Part shown: positions 25,492 through 26,449 of the stretch, one piece after another
Layout: each line of letters starts with the position of its first letter
Numbering within the stretch: position 1 is the stretch's first letter
Virus record (IMG/VR): IMGVR_UViG_3300035561_000032
Location: 1 to 26,449 of that record
DNA: 26,449 nt
Reading direction: 5' to 3' (one strand)
Source: a virus
Lineage: Duplodnaviria; Caudoviricetes
The notes under the pieces: model-generated
What the model saw: the letters and a program-made list of their open reading frames with translations, nothing else
What the model was told of the DNA's origin: nothing
Database searches by the model: none
Program-made: the position numbers and the translations under genes

Positions 25492-26277
25492 TTAATAGTT
25501 AGGGTCCCAAAGAGCCGATATAACGCAGCACTCCATACCATCATCCATTACAGCGCGACTGTTCTCAAAATCGAGCCACATGATTCCTCCTTCCATTAAT
25601 TCTTCTAAAGACCATCCGACTTCATCTCCATATTCAATTTTTTCAAGACCTAAAAACTCGTAGAATTCATTTATAGTAGAATCACCACGTAGACAAAGGT
25701 TTCGATTAACATGGTACTGGGCATTTAAAACGGCAGCCATAGTAGCAGTGAAATATCGCTGAGAGAACAAATCGTAACACAGAATCTTTTCGCTTTCCGG
25801 ATCTAAATCTGAAGAATACACTGAATATCCATCTGCCGAAACATACGTATCCTTTGCCATCTGTGCTTTAATTTTTGAATCTGCCTCCTCACCGTAAACA
25901 TTATTCGCAGCTTTTCTATATCGCTGATAGGATTCGCTCAACAGGCCATAGGCGCTCACCAAAGACGCTTGATTGTGTTTGTTGAGTACGTTCGCTCCAA
26001 AAATACAGGAAATTGTTGATAGACCGATAAGCGCAGCAGGAATATAACATTGCCAACAGGATTGAACTGCTTCGAGTTTTGTGTAGGCATACGGGTCTCC
26101 GTTATGGTTTTGCCTACTATCAGCTCTAATAATATCTACTGCTTTTGGTGTGACTTTGACTGCCATTACAGAAGTCGCTACAACACCGATTGCGCCTATA
26201 CAAGTTAAAATGGTAGGGGAGGCCCGCTTTAAACATAACTTGGATCTGTGAAATAGACTGTTTAGTTTTCCTTTCAT
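25492..26277 (-). CDS. DUF6353-like protein, paralog 3
   Basis: SPTILTCIG, AVKVTPKA, CYIPAA, INEFY..LG..GW. Confidence 0.8.
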   Translation of the reverse strand: MKGKLNSLFHRSKLCLKRASPTILTCIGAIGVVATSVMAVKVTPKAVDIIRADSRQNHNGDPYAYTKLEAVQSCWQCYIPAALIGLSTISCIFGANVLNKHNQASLVSAYGLLSESYQRYRKAANNVYGEEADSKIKAQMAKDTYVSADGYSVYSSDLDPESEKILCYDLFSQRYFTATMAAVLNAQYHVNRNLCLRGDSTINEFYEFLGLEKIEYGDEVGWSLEELMEGGIMWLDFENSRAVMDDGMECCVISALWDPNY

Positions 26278-26299
26278 GTGTTTTTTCTCCTTTCAATTT

Positions 26300-26331
26300 A
26301 GAAAAATAATAGAGCCTTCGTAAGGCTCTAT
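26300..26331 (-). terminator. Intrinsic terminator after the tRNA-like gene
   Basis: Perfect 10-bp stem ATAGAGCCTT-ACG-AAGGCTCTAT followed by TATTTTTCT. Confidence 0.8.
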
Positions 26332-26339
26332 AAGTTAGA

Positions 26340-26410
26340 GAATCAGTACGGGATTTGAACCCGCGCATACACTACATAAGCGTGTTGCTCTACCATTGAG
26401 CTAACTGTTT
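26340..26410 (-). tRNA. tRNA-like gene, anticodon UAU (Ile-AUA), possibly degenerate
   Basis: 71-nt cloverleaf: D arm GCTC-AATGGTA-GAGC, anticodon loop CT-TAT-GT, T arm GCGGG-TTCAAAT-CCCGT. One mismatch each in acceptor and anticodon stems; no CCA. Confidence 0.65.
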
Positions 26411-26411
26411 C

Positions 26412-26439
26412 TCCATAATATAACTTGCGATTTTCGCGT
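26412..26439 (-). promoter_or_regulatory. Conserved phage promoter-like motif, copy 5
   Basis: ACGCGAAAATCGCAAGTTATATTATGGA, immediately upstream of the tRNA-like gene. Confidence 0.7.
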
Positions 26440-26449
26440 AAAAAAAAGA

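Noticed and set aside
391-26277. Stop-codon reassignment
   Set aside because: Long genes are intact in the standard code, and TAA, TGA and TAG all end genes.
9810-26296. Recurrent TTGAAAGGAG before many genes as a novel regulatory repeat
   Set aside because: Explained as a strong Firmicute Shine-Dalgarno sequence.
26126-26368. 80-aa ORF
   Set aside because: Overlaps the tRNA-like gene, its terminator and the next gene out of frame.

Overview
Replication/early-gene arm of a tailed dsDNA phage of a low-GC anaerobic Firmicute, probably Clostridia. Gene content resembles Lactococcus phage 1706-like siphophages and their gut/actinobacterial relatives, from recall rather than a search. All credible genes are on the minus strand. 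In transcription order (right to left): a tRNA-like gene, three DUF6353-like paralogs, a DUF6273/C-lectin protein with a DGR-type variable region, small membrane proteins, a SleB-type hydrolase, a 1334-aa SF3 helicase-primase-PolB fusion, a mini radical SAM, SSB, an HNH endonuclease, an SF2 helicase, a nucleotide metabolism cluster (DUF5662, DUF4326, ThyX-like, dCMP deaminase, Nmad1-like, nrdG, nrdD-glutaredoxin), a GCCCACTTT inverted-repeat array (candidate origin), a PASTA moron, VRR-NUC, a Cas4-like nuclease, and an 895-aa YonO/RdRP-like single-chain RNA polymerase with HTH domains. The best candidate for a new system is this polymerase plus five gap-free copies of a 28-nt intergenic motif (CGCRAAA-N3-RCA-N5-TWTWATG-RA) heading short promoter-gene-terminator cassettes. 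The left end looks like a genome terminus. No structural genes, integrase, reverse transcriptase or CRISPR array were seen.
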